Source: Oikopleura dioica
Lineage: Eukaryota; Animalia; Chordata
Assembly: GCA_907165135.1 (NCBI GenBank)
Contig: OU015566.1
Span: 10,850,001 to 10,914,000 of the forward strand
Reading direction: 5' to 3'
DNA: 64,000 bases
Of the stretch, positions 12,230 to 35,327 are shown piece by piece. The position numbers were made by a program, and so were the translations under genes. The notes beneath the pieces were generated by a model that searched no databases, was not told the origin of the DNA, and saw only the letters and a program-made list of their open reading frames with translations. How positions within the stretch are numbered: the stretch's first letter is position 1; each line of letters starts with the position of its first letter.

Positions 12230-15200
12230 ATGTCGTTGACCAAGGAAGAAGTGAAGAAATTGGTCGAAGAGTGGTTTTTCTACTTTCGATCTGCTGGAAT
12301 TCCGGCGAATGAGTCGGCAGCTCAGGTTATTTTTTCTTTGATTATAAGTTTTAAAATTGGAATAGGCTGTTCGATGTGTTCAAAATGGCGAGACCTCGCC
12401 ACCTCCTAAAATCGACCCTCCCATTGATGGTCTCCCTGGAACACGTACAGTAGTTGTTAATGCTACTGCGTCTGACCTTGACCAAGAGGTCAACACTGAG
12501 GCGAACGAAGAGCCCAAGAAATTTGATACGAGTAAAGAGCTTCCTGCACCGCCAGTTATTGTTGTTGAAGAGCCACAGGAAGAATCTGCTCCGATCCCAC
12601 ACAGAACACGACGACCACGATACGATACTCAAGTTACTGTAATTGGAACAGGTGGTGAGTCACCAGAAGGCCCTGTAGAAGAATACGAGTCATTTCTAAA
12701 TGACGCGGTGGAAGATGACTTCGAAGCTGCAAATCCAGTCGTTGACGAAATTCCTTCTTCTGAAGCCCTCACTGATCCCCTCGGAGCCAACATCGTTGAA
12801 ATGATGAAAACACAAGAGAGCAGCGACACTTATCCAGCTACGATTTTTGAATTTTACGACTATCTCAGGAGAAACAAGCTTACATCTCTGAGAACTCTTG
12901 TTAGAACTGTGTTCTCTTGTCCCAAGACGTTGGCGATGTCCTTTAGACTCGAGGAAAGTGAAGAGACAGACATAACCGACGTTAACTCACATGACTGGGG
13001 AGGTCTTCTGCGAATCTACGAAGTAATTGACGAACACCCGCTGCTTGAAGAAGCAGTTCGAAACTCCATCACAGTTCTTTCATGCCACCATTGTTTCTCC
13101 GAAAATTGGAAGCCTTTTCCCGTTGGATATCGCGTTGTCGCCTTGCTCAAGCTTTTACTGAATCCTTATCTTGGAAATGAGTCGTATTTTGAAAGAACCA
13201 TGCCTGCTATTTGCAATTTATTCGGCGATTTGTCTCAAAGAGATCAGGAAATCATCGTCGAAAAACTCTCAGTCAAACCAAAAACGGATCTTTCTGCCAT
13301 CGTTCAAAACCTCCATCAGTTCATCACTTTCCGAGTACTTGAAAACACGCCAGAAAAACTGCTCAACGATGATTTACAAATTGAAAATGCGCTGAAAACG
13401 ATGAGGCTCGTGTTTTTTGCTTCGCTCGTTGGTGGAGCAAGAGAATCGGCAAACCTAAATTCGGAAATTGTCGACATCAGCAGTGCTACATCAATGACCA
13501 GTAGCTGTAACAGCTCGGTAATTACGATTCCAGGCTGGTGTTTGATTCAGTGCTTTTTTGATTAGAGCCCCTGGTGGGGCGGCAAAAATTTTTCTCTAGT
13601 TTATTGTTTATTGCAGACTACACCCCAAAGAAGGGGTTACAGACATGGCGATCCCCCATGGATCCCCACGCCTGCCCGTGAGTGAACAGTAACTTTGACA
13701 GGCTTCCACCAGCCCCAACTTCACCAAGTGGGGTTGGTCTTATGGTTTTTGATGTGGGTGTTTCGGATTAGGGCCCCGTGTGGGGCGGCAAAAATTTTTC
13801 TCTATATATTGTAGTTTATTCGGTACTACACCCCATAAAGGGGTTACAGACATGACGATCCCCCATGGATCCCCACATCTGCCCGGAAAAGTGGCAGGTG
13901 ATGATGATCAAAATTCAATACCCAGATTTTCTGCTTACAGATACCATTATGGTTTTTACTAAAAACACCCTCATCCGTATTTTTCATCCTTTTCTGGAGC
14001 ATCGATCGCAGAATCACTTAATTTAATATATGCCATGTTAAAGATAATTATTTAAATCACATGATCAAACGCTAAATAGACGAAGGTCCTCTCTCCCGCC
14101 TCCGACGCTCCAACTCAATCCAAAAGCTCGACAATCAGATCGCTGACATTCTCCGCGGCAAACGACAGACCGATGATCGAATTAAAAACATCCAAGAGGA
14201 CCCCCTTGCAAAAGCATTCAATGTGGACTGGTCGATCGTGGAGACACCGTTGATAGCTTATAATGATTTTATCAACCCTCATATCAATAAGAAACTAGAG
14301 GTGGACAAGGACTATGTGAATTACAAATTGAATTTTGAAGATGGACAGAAGAATTTTACGATGATTTCCTATCCTTTTATTTTGGGAAAGGGTTGAAGAA
14401 AAATTATACGTAAAAGAAAAAATTTTAATTTCAACCCTGAAAGATACCGCGACAAAAACCATGTCGATGTTTTACGATAATCGGGTAAATCAAATCCGTG
14501 AGCGCAGACGAGTCCTAAATAGAATCCGCCACGATATCGAACTCTACGAAGCTGGGGAAGAAACTGAATTCAGTCCAGAAGATCAACTTCCGTCGCCTTA
14601 TCTCATTCTTCGAGTGCGAAGAGCGTTTATTGTCGAGGATGCTCTCTTCAAACTGGAATTGGTTGCCGCGGAGCATCCTCATGATTTACGAAAACAGCTC
14701 TGCATTGAGTTCGAGGGCGAAGAAGGAGTTGATGAAGGAGGTGTTTCGAAGGAGTTTTTTAGACTCATTATCGATCGAGTCTTTAGTCCTGATTATGGGC
14801 TTTTCATATTTGACGAGGAAACGGACTATTTCTGGTTCAACCCTTATCCGCCCATATTCGGCTCCGAAGAAGAGAAGGAATACATGCTCATCGGAATGCT
14901 CTTCGGCCTTGCAATTTACAACAACATCACAATGGACGTTCATTTTCCTCCTGTCCTCTTCAAAAAAATTCTTGGCTTCGATGGATTATTTGAAGACCTG
15001 GAACACACGCACCCTTCTATTTACAGAAGTCTTATCACTTTGCTACAGTACGACTCGCAAGAGCTCAGTATCGAGGACTGCTTTTGCTTGACTTACGAAG
15101 TCTCACGCAAAACCGTCTTTGGACAGACGGTCAACCACTCGCTTATTCAATACGGCTCCGAAATTCCGATAACAGAAGAGAACCGAAGCGATTTTGTCTT

Positions 15201-15828
15201 TCGTTATTCAGATTGGCTTCTCAACAAGTCGATCAAAAAACAATTCAATGCATTTCTACGTGGTTTTGAGCTGGTTACAGATGAGTCTCCATTGAAAGTA
15301 CTTTTTAGACCTCAGGAGAGGGTTTTCTGAATGATTTTAAAAGAAGTATTAATAATTATTGAACCAAAATATAAGCAACTCGAGCATCTCGTTTGCGGTG
15401 AACGAGAATACGATTGGGACAAGCTTCGGGAAGGATGTCGGTACGAAGGATTTGCTGAGTTTGACAAGACAATCAGGTTTTTTTGGGAAGTCTTTGACTC
15501 TCTTTCAGTTGGTAATTTACTTTTTGATTGTCCTTCAGGCAAATTTTATTCTAAGAAAAACGCAAAAAACTCCTTGAGTTCTTCACAGGAACCGATAGAT
15601 GTCCAGTCGGTGGCCTTGCGAAGCTAAAAATGACCATAACAAAGAATGGCCCTGAATCAAATCGCCTTCCATCCGCGCATACATGTTTTAATATCTTACT
15701 TTTACCAGAATACCAGGTTTTCAATACTTCTCAATACTATCTTGTGATATATTTTATAGTCGAAAGAATTGCTTGAGGAAAGATTATTAAAAGCCCTGGA
15801 TAACTCGATTGGCTTCGGAATGATCTAA
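12230..15828 (+). CDS. UBE3A: HECT E3 ubiquitin ligase E6AP/UBE3A
   Basis: [14 protein letters not shown]; [25 protein letters not shown]; catalytic [17 protein letters not shown]; C-terminal [14 protein letters not shown] (UBE3A ends KAITYAKGFGML); [22 protein letters not shown] region upstream of the HECT domain. Confidence 0.93.
13561..13890. repeat. Degenerate tandem repeat (~206 bp period, about 1.6 units), hairpin-rich, in a UBE3A intron; possible Helitron-like remnant
   Basis: attagagcccctggtggggcggcaaaaatttttctcta at 13561 recurs as attagggccccgtgtggggcggcaaaaatttttctcta at 13767. The ctacacccca..aggggttacagacatg.cgatcccccatggatccccac block is also duplicated. Confidence 0.75.
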
Positions 15829-17118
15829 TTGATTGTTCGCTTTCAACTCAAGACTCGCAATTTCACTGTCCGATGGAAAGTTATCATACTGTTTATAAAT
15901 AAAGATATGTTTGTCTTCGTAATTTCGAAATGTTGAGGAAAAAATTTCGTGTTATCGCTGCATCGCTAAAATAAAACTTTACTCTCTTCGTTTTTTGAAC
16001 TTTAGGGGTCTTCCTTTTGCGGAAATAGCCCGTCACCGCAAGAAAGTAGCCCAAACGGTCGTCGGAAATCAGCGAAGAAAAATTTTCCCTGACGCGCTCT
16101 CGCCTCAAGCTAGTGTGTCACGACTGGAAGCAGCTGTGCAAAGACGGGTGATGTTCGTTTTCGTTCGTTGAAGAGTGCTGGTTGCGCTTTTGGTAAACTT
16201 TGTTTGCGGCGGACTAAGCAGGCCTGAACGGAAGACGGAATTACCATAACTGACCTTTTTTCTTGTCACTCTGAGGTTGACCAGCCCAGAACATAAATTA
16301 TCGGAGCGCGCTTTTCTTTAAATCCAACTGGCGCCAGGTTACTGTTGATGCGTCTCCAAGGAGTCTACATGCAGGAAGCCTTTCTGAGGGAAAGATTGCG
16401 GCTTCTTCTATGATTTTCGGAACAGCCAACTTCGTTAATCTGAATAATGAGCAAACTTTTAGAATTGTTGATTCCTCTTTATGAGAGTCAATATCCGGGT
16501 TTAAGAATTTCATTTGTATTACAGTCATCATTTACCTTTAAAAGTATTGGCAAAATGATTATTTTCATTACGATTTGTATTAATAGCTGAATAAGAATTG
16601 CCACAAAAACGATCATGAAAGATGAGTCTCGAATCAGTCTTTTTGTTTAATTATCATTTAACTGACACAATGATTATATTGCTGAAAAATCCTTAACCGG
16701 ATATTTTTCACCAAAAACTTATTTATAGCTCAAATTCGCAAACTCAGCTGATGATATGATGATTTCAAGCGTCCGCCTGTGCACCCCAAAAGCGAGGCAC
16801 TGATTATTTATCACTGTGTGTCCAAGCGGCGCTGCTCTTGTGCATGCCTGCAGCGCCATTTCGTATTTACGAAAAAGCTGAACATCTGGCATCATCTGCA
16901 GAGATCAACATCCCCAACAGGACGACTACCAGAGCTTCTTTAGTCTTTAGACGATATCCCAAGAATTCATACAAAACAACACAGATTATGGAGCAACTTC
17001 AAAGTAAGAAATCGAATTGTTTTTGAAAGTCATAAGTTGGATCAACTTATTACAAAGCTCGCCGTATAAAACCTTGTTTCTAGCTCTCGCATATTTGGAA
17101 AACATCCGACGACTTCGA

Positions 17119-20100
17119 ATGTACCAGACAAACATCTCTCTTGGATTCCAGCCCTACCCAGCGACATGTTTCAACCCTCCCTACTACCATCATAATCGCC
17201 ACCAAGCTGCGCAAAAAATCAACAACGAGCCGAAATTTGACTTTCATAAGCTTGCAGAATCAGCGACGAAGGATAAACCGACGAAACGCAAGTTGAGGCC
17301 GAAGAAAGAATATATTTGCAGGTATACTTTTTGATTAGATTTTATTCTTCCGAACGATTTTTACTCAAAAGCGGGACAATAATTCGTCGGAAAGTTTATT
17401 TATCTTGAAATATACATGCCCCAAAAAGAATCTCTATTCTGAATTAATCCAAAACGTCAGCAAAAGACTTGGTCAAAATTCCAATAACTGGCCAGCTGTA
17501 TTCTGGCAAAATACCAGTCGAAAAGTTTATTGCTCCTAGCGCAAAGACAGGCCCACATAGCCGTCAAAACTCTCCAAAAGTTGGAACTTACAGGTCCAGG
17601 TGGACGGGGGCAATAAATGTCCTACGAGTTAGCTCAGTCTGTCGTCAGTTTAAGAGCCACAGAAGCCAGCTGGCCCTGTCTTCTCCAAAACATATCAGCA
17701 ATAAATTAGGAACTTATTGCAGCGCCGTCAACATAAATCAAACTTGTAATCCTTTGGGAGCGGGATGCTCAGTGGTCTGATCTTTGTGTCTTAATATGTA
17801 TTTTGTTGACAGAATCTCATGTCGCCCGCAGCGGCTGATGGGAGCGTCAAGCTTCTCGGCTAAGTCCACCAAAATCCCAAACGAAATAAAACGAGACGTT
17901 TTTATGCTTCAGAGAGCAAATTCTCAAGCAGATGTGCTCCCGCATTATTTCTTAGTCAATTCTTTAGATTCTGCCAGCGGCACTTTACGAAGAGCTACAA
18001 TCTGATGATCCACGAAAGGACCCATACAGACGAGCGACCCTACAAGTGCGATATTTGTCAAAAAGCCTTCAGAAGACAGGATCATCTCAGGGACCATAAG
18101 TAAGTTACTAAAATGTCCTTTGAACGGAGCTGTCATGAAGAGGTCTGGTAGAATGTCCACTTGATTCAGCATTGAAACTCAAGTAGCTCAGGGCCCCGTA
18201 AATCGCCAAACAGGTGCATATTATCATCTCGTTAAAAGTCAATTTGGTGGAAATCTAAGGTCACGGCACATGCCCCTGTATCTCAGCATTTACAGGATGC
18301 ACCTGCCCAAGTGCAAAGTGCACATTTCATTCTTGAGCAGCAGCACCGGAAAGAAAAGGCTTGTGAAACTTTCGCTCAGGTCATCGACTTTCTCGGAATT
18401 CAGATCAGAATCATACTTGATCATCATTCAATTCCTGGTAGTTAAATTGATAAGGAATGCGTTTATATACATCGTAAACGAGTATTTACATAAAATCCTC
18501 GAGCGCTCGAGTCGGTCCACTTCTGTAAAATGATTTTCCTCGTAAAACACTCGAAACGCCGCGATTCATTTCCACGCGGGTCCTCGTCCAAAGGCGCTTC
18601 TTTTCAGAGGAGCTTCCTCTTTATGCTTCCGGCATCGAGCAAATACAAAAAATATGCATTTGACCGGACACTTTGCACCTTCCGCAGGCAGTAATTACGG
18701 GTGCGAAAACGCCGGGAGCGTGTTCTCCGTGAGAATTGACTTACGAGTTTCCTGACAAGGAAATCTCACTTGATCCCTCTTGGACCTGAATTTTTCCACG
18801 ATTAATTCACCCTTAGAAGTTCTAACTCGTTATTTTGAACTTACATAAGAAATACTCCCGAGAATTGAACGGAAGCCCTATCAGAAACGGAAGCATGCGC
18901 GACTGATGGTCGTTGACTTTTATCCAACTTGCAGGGAGTTAGAAAAATGCGGAAGTAAGTGGAAATTTATCTAATTTTGTCGTTTCCCCTGCATCAAAGT
19001 TGCCGTACTGCTATCCGTTTGGCTATTCAAATTTGACAGGTTCAAGGACACTCTCACTTATCCAGCTCGACAAGTAAATAAAGCTTCGCTTCCGTTTTCA
19101 TGATTGCAATTTTTCGGAATCAACGAGGAGTTTATTGAGTTTCATCGTTTAAAAATATGTTGCGGGAGTAAAAATTAGCGCACTCCAAAATAACTAGAAA
19201 TCTTTTGCGTGATTTGGTCAATACTTGCAATTTGACATCAGATGATCAGTTTAAAAGAGATTTCATTGACCTTTTCGGGTGACTTTCTGAGGTCAAATTC
19301 TTTCATTGAGTTGACTTCTTTTGGTTATTTATTTTGGAGGAGAAGAAAGTCTGTGCACAGTAGCGATTCTTGTAAAATTGCTTTCGCCTGCGGGACTGGC
19401 CCTCGAGCGAGCGCGACGAGGAGGCGCCAATCGACACACACAGCCTGCATTGCGGAAGCGCAGGAAGCTTGGAGTCGGAGTGCTCTGCTCATCGGCTAGT
19501 GACATGCACCTGTTCTGCGGCCCTTAGCGCGGTCTTCATTAATCGTAAAATCGCGACCGCGCTTTTATGCACATTCAATGAGCATTGGGCGTCTCCTTAT
19601 CCCCGCGATAAATGATAGATACTGCTACCAAAGGAACACCACATCCATCAATCATCTTGAAAAGCTTCACAAATTTAAAACTAGCTATTCTGCAATCGTC
19701 ATTTCCGGCAGATACTTTGCGGCCTTGTTGTTGTGGTTACAGCAGAACTGATTGTTCCATACAGTAGCTCCAGCATAACTGCACATTCTGATCATAACTT
19801 TAGGAACCAAGTTAGAATCAACCAGATTCGAGACTGTTTCTAGTTACGAGCGAATATTGTATGACGATAAATTATTTTTCTTCCTGAAAATGAAGTCCTA
19901 AAATAAAAGCATGAAAATGCCAGTTTCCTGCATTTGAGTGCAGCTCAAACAGCTGCGTTTCGCAGCTGCTTCCGGCCGCTCGGTAGTCTTCAAGGCTTCC
20001 AATTATTTCCTATTTCCACTGTCCGGGATCCGGATATTTGTCCTTGTGACGTGGCTATATTACCAGAAGACGGTTAAAGTAACAATAAGAGCAGGTGCAT

Positions 20101-20427
20101 CAATATCAAACCCGTCGCCAAGGAATCTGATGAGCAGTCACCGCACGGAAACTTATCGTCCCCACGCGCAATGGGACCATTTTTTGAAGCTGAGGGACTC
20201 AAAACTGATATCATAGAGGACAGCTCCTTCCGAGACGGAATAAACACAAACTGATCAATGCTCTTTTTTTTTCAAGACTCATCAAAGTCTGCTTTAGATA
20301 CATACACGCACCCGAGAAGCCGTTCAAGTGTACAATCTGCGACAAAGGCTTCTGTCAAGCGAGAACGCTCAGCGTGCACATGGCTACTCATGAAAAAGCA
20401 GCGAAGAAGCAAAAGACCCAGAGCTGA
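17119..20427 (+). CDS. OSR: Odd-skipped-related C2H2 zinc-finger transcription factor (3 exons: 17119-17321, 17968-18099, 20298-20427)
   Basis: PKFDFHKLA motif; RPKKEYICR|[44 protein letters not shown]|[35 protein letters not shown] junctions are in phase. Confidence 0.95.
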
Positions 20428-20642
20428 TTCTGATAGATTCTAGCGCTTGCTGACCGTATTGATAATAGATTATCAAACCTGTTAATATATGAATATATTA
20501 TTTTAAAGCTTTCTTCTTTGAAAGGTATTCCTTGTTTCTTGGCAATTTTCTTTGATAGAAACTCGTGAAGTGTTTGCAAAAACACACTTACCACTTTGAA
20601 ATTCCAGCGCGAGCTAAAGTCGAGCACGCAAGTTATGAGAAG

Positions 20643-21696
20643 ATGAGCTTCTTTGTATTTTTTCTTAGTTTTTCGAGATTTTCAACTTTTGCCGAAGCTC
20701 AAGAATGTGGAGGAGAAGTTGACTTATTTGCTGGGTTCATCACTTCGCCTGGGTTTGAAGAAGGAGAGGAGTATGCTGCGCGACTGGAATGTGTCTGGGT
20801 AGATTTTAATTGAGTATTAAAAATAGAAGATTATTTCCAAGAATTTTGCAGTTGAGGAAGGAGTGATGACAACAATAACTTTTGACGAAGAATTCGGAAT
20901 CGAGAGCCAAGAATCTGGCAGACAATGCTTCGACAAGCTCTTTATCCGATGTAAGCTAGCTTTACTGTTATAAGTTTGAGATGAAATATTTCTAGCACCG
21001 AGAGCGAGGGAGCGGCAAATTTGTGGGTTATCATACCAGCAGGGCTTTGTCGATCAATCAAACATAGTGAGTCCACCCGAAATTGCAGTTCGTGGACCGT
21101 TTCAAGCTGTCTTTGTGTCTGATAGCTCTGTGAGTGGTCGAGTTAAGGGTTGAAATTAGAGATTTATGTCTTTTGTTTCTGCAACTTTGATCCTTGAAAG
21201 GCTTCAAAATGTTCTTCACCGTCGATGGATTGACAACCACTACTCTTGCTCCTCCATCAACGCTGCCAGCACTTGTAGAGACTGCAACAGAGCAGAACAC
21301 AGTTGAGATACCAGAACCGAAGCAAGAAACTATCGGCTGTGAGCTTGAGAAAGAACTTCATCCGCTCGGAACAGAAGCAGTTTTGAAATGCCCTGACGGC
21401 TTTTACTTTGAAGAGGGCTACCAAAACTTGACTGTTGTTTGTGCTAACGAAACTACTGTAGATTGGATCCCGGAAATAACTGAATGCGTCGCTACTGATG
21501 ATCAGCTAGGTTTGCTTTTGAACTACGACTATTTTGGACTTTTGAAATTACAGATTTGATCGATTACTACAAGCACATTTCACTCTGTTGCTTTGGCGGC
21601 TTCTTTACGTCTTCAGGAGTTGTTACAGTGATTCTGGGCTACAACGTCTTTCAAATTATGAAATTACAGTTTCTGCTTATTAGTTCTGCATCTTGA
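20643..21696 (+). CDS. CUB + Thr-rich linker + Sushi-like domain single-pass membrane protein
   Basis: Signal peptide; CGGEVDLFAGFITSPGF..EYAARLECVW..FGIE..CFDKLFI (CUB); TTTTLAPPST linker; GTEAVLKCPDGFYF..VVC..W.PEITEC (CCP-like); hydrophobic C-terminus. Confidence 0.8.
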
Positions 21697-22075
21697 ATAA
21701 AATACTTATACTCGAAGCCATAGAGAAATTCCCTCGCTTGTTTTGATTTTCAGTCGCTCTAGCATTCCTTGAACCGAGTTTCGTTTCCAGAACTCACTTC
21801 ACTGATAGTTCGGCGAAGAATCGCTTCAGATCTACCTTTTGCTTTTTTGGTCAAACGAGAGAACGTAATTGCCACAGTCGACTGTATTATACCGATGATT
21901 TCAATCGGTAAGTTCCAAATCGCCGCTTTCTAAAGTCCTCCAGCAGCACTCTTCCATCACGGAGGATTCTCGTGGGAAAATCATCCGCGCAAAGTAGAGA
22001 ATTTATCTTTCGCGACGCAGTGAAAATTCATCGCTAAAAATGAGAGAATTATAAAACTCAAGAAAAAGGCGAGAA

Positions 22076-24323
22076 ATGGCAGCTCTAACCGAAGCACAGC
22101 AAAATTTATTCAGACAATTAGGTACTAGAAATCACTATTCATCAAAAATAAAATCTCAGGCGATAAACTTTATGAAAAAAGAAAGGCAGCTGCTTTAGAA
22201 GTTGAAGTTAGGGCAAGAAATGCGATTGTAAATAACAACTCTTCGTAAGTTTTCATATTTTCTTTCACAGATGAAAATTCAATTCTAGCGACGCATCTTT
22301 GCTGCTAAACGACCTTGGAAACGCATACCACGGCAGCAACTCTCTCAACCTTCGCAAAGGCGTTCTTCTCGCCTTGGCCGCCGCCGCCATCGGATTCTCC
22401 CAAAACTCCGGTCCTTATCTTACCGAGCTTCTTGAGCCAATCCTCTGCGCCGCCACAGAATCCGACTCTCGTCTTCGATACTTCGCTTGTGAAGCACTTT
22501 ACAATGTTGCGAAAGCTGTTCGAGGAGTTTTGATTGACACTCATTTTGTGAACCTGTTTGTTATTGTTGGGAAACTCAACTCGGACGTGGATCAAAATGT
22601 ACGAAGTGGAACCGAGCTTCTAGGTAAAGTACAGCCTTGGGCGTCTTTTCTACAACAATAAATTCAGATCGTCTTCTACGAGATATCGTCCTCGAAGCCG
22701 AGCGAGCTCCTGACATGGGCGCCCTTCTCCGCGAACGAGTTTATGCAATCGACTCCAATGCCCGTTCTTTCGTCGCCGGATGGATTTCTGTCTTGTCTGG
22801 CAATCCTCACGCTGGTTTGAGCGCTGTCCTTCCCGGTCTGGTCGACGGGCTTTTCAACGCGCTGACGGATAGTAACAAAGAAACGCATTCTCTCGTGTGG
22901 ACGGCGCTAGAATCCGCTCTGCAAGAAGCACCCCGCTGCGATGTGGAAAAAATGATTCCGATCGTTAGCCAACAGTTGTTGAAAACCAGCGATGTCGTTT
23001 GGACGCAACGATATTTGGCGCTGATTTGGCTACGAGCGCTTCTACCGCTCAAGAAAGAAGCTACAGTCAAGGCTACTCCAGTTGTTCTCGAAGCGTTATT
23101 CAAACTGCCAGAAGATGAGCTCACAAATACAGTAAGAACTTCTCATAGAAAGCAATTATAATCACTTTCTTTCAGAATTCAGGTGATTCAACCGAACAGC
23201 TGCGGCAGAGCAAAAAGAAACGAGAAGTCAAAGACCTTTCTTCTCAAGTCAACACTCTTCTTCAATTCGATTCAACGAAAGACGAGATTCCCCAAGAAAC
23301 AGCGATTCGTCTTTTGAAAATCACCTGTCCCTTTCTCGGCCCCGACAAGCCCGTTTCAAAACGACTTGCGGCGTTTGAATGGGTGATTTCAGTCTTTCGG
23401 TTGAAACAAGACCAGATCGAAGACGAAGTTCCCTGGTTGATGCTCCAAGTTTTCTCGGCGATCAACTTGGACGAAAATGAACGAGTGCGCGAATCTGGCA
23501 TGGCGTGCTTGACTGAAATCGCAAATTTGAACGATAAAACTTTTGATACGTTCATTGAAGTGCTTTATTCTTCGTTGAACGAGATTTCTGCAAGATCTGA
23601 TCGACAGAAAGTGGCATTCGTGGTCAGAAAGCTTTGTGAGAAACTTGATGGGGAGAAGATTTATTTGAAACTCGGAAGTCGACTTGTGCATCATCAAGAA
23701 ACAGGTAAAGAAAAATCTTATCTTTGCTTGTTAAATCGAATCAAGAAGCTCGAAATAATGCTTTTTAGATGCAAAAGTCGCGACGATTCAACTCCTCAAC
23801 CTGCTGCTCGGGACAGCTCCAGAACTCTACAATTTCCGAAGAAAACTTAGAGAGCGTCCTCAAGAAGTAATGGAGAATTTCAACACAGTCTGGAAGGCCT
23901 GGGTCAGCTGTCCCGTTTCGTCACTGTGTCTAGCTCTTCTGGGGAAGAGATATCAACTTGCGTACTCGACAGTGAAGACGCTCGCGGAGATGAATTTGAA
24001 CAGTGCCCATTTGGGAGAGATCGATCGACTAATTCAACTTCTTGAATCTCCTGGTAAATCAAACTGCCCTGATCGTTAACTATTTCAATTCAGGTTTCAC
24101 GTGGCTGCGATTCGAACTGCTCGAAAAGCCTCATGCCTTGATCGCTTCTCTCCGCGGCCTTCTCATGATCTTGCCTCAGTCAAAAGCGTTCGACCTCCTT
24201 CAAAAACGCCTCTCGCTTATTCCCTCCGAAGCACCATTCAACTCTAACTCTGCCGATTCTGCCCGAATTTCGCCAGAAGATCACGAGCTCTCCAAAATAT
24301 TGAAGTCTAAGCTAGAAGTCTAA
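22076..24323 (+). CDS. VAC14: VAC14, scaffold of the PIKfyve complex
   Basis: DKLYEKRKAAALEVE; NLRKGVLLALAAAAIG; DSRLRYFACEALYNVAK; DVDQNVRSGTELL|DRLLRDIV; WVSCPVSSLCLALLGKRYQLAY; EIDRLIQLLESP|GFTWLRFELL; LRGLLMILPQSKAFDLLQKRL. Confidence 0.93.
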
Positions 24324-24994
24324 TTTTACAGCCATTTTTGCCAATTTACAATTTGCCCTGTTTGTCTTTTAAATTTCTTCATTCTGTAATTCAATAAAAT
24401 GCCAGTATGCAGCGATTCGAATGCTTGAAACTTCAGAAATTTTGTAAATGAAAAATTGGAAGATTTGTAAATTTGATTATTTTATTAACATGGCGTAGTT
24501 GGTCTAGAAGAAGGGAACAGAAAGTCCTGCAAAAAGCAATATACAATCAGTCAGATATAGATAGTACTTCCTTAGTGTGTTACAAAATGGTCCAACTGGA
24601 CGGAATTACAGTGCTACGATAGACTGAAAGGACTCGACAATGGCTTGATACTGTTTGGCATGACGTAATAGTTATATAATAGGAGAAATTATATAGAGTT
24701 GCCAGATCAATTTAATAATAACTAAAAGTATTTAGGTGCAGTTGTGCTGGTGAAAATATAACCAAGGTGCCATTATATAAAAATATACAGGATTTGTGAT
24801 ATAATATGTGTAGGTGTGTGGATGTGTGGTCAAATAATTCTCTCGATTTTAATTATTAATATTATTATATTATTTATAAAAAGGGTTTTTCTGGTGAAAA
24901 GTAGTTTTGGTGAGGTGGTGGTGTCGTTTTTTTTTCTGTGAGTCGCGCATTCTTTGGTAGTTTTCTGCAGAAAAATCGTTTTCGCGGCGAAAAT

Positions 24995-35327
<10,333 letters not shown>

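Noticed and set aside
15893-16531. F-box-like RLKLVCHDWKQLC (plus strand) and ORFs 15893-16108 and 16298-16531 (minus strand)
   Set aside because: Could not build a stop-free spliced gene on either strand.
21760-22040. Possible small minus-strand gene (..RILRDGRVLLEDFRKRRFGTYRLKSS|QKVDLKRFFAELSVK*)
   Set aside because: No in-frame ATG and no recognisable homology.
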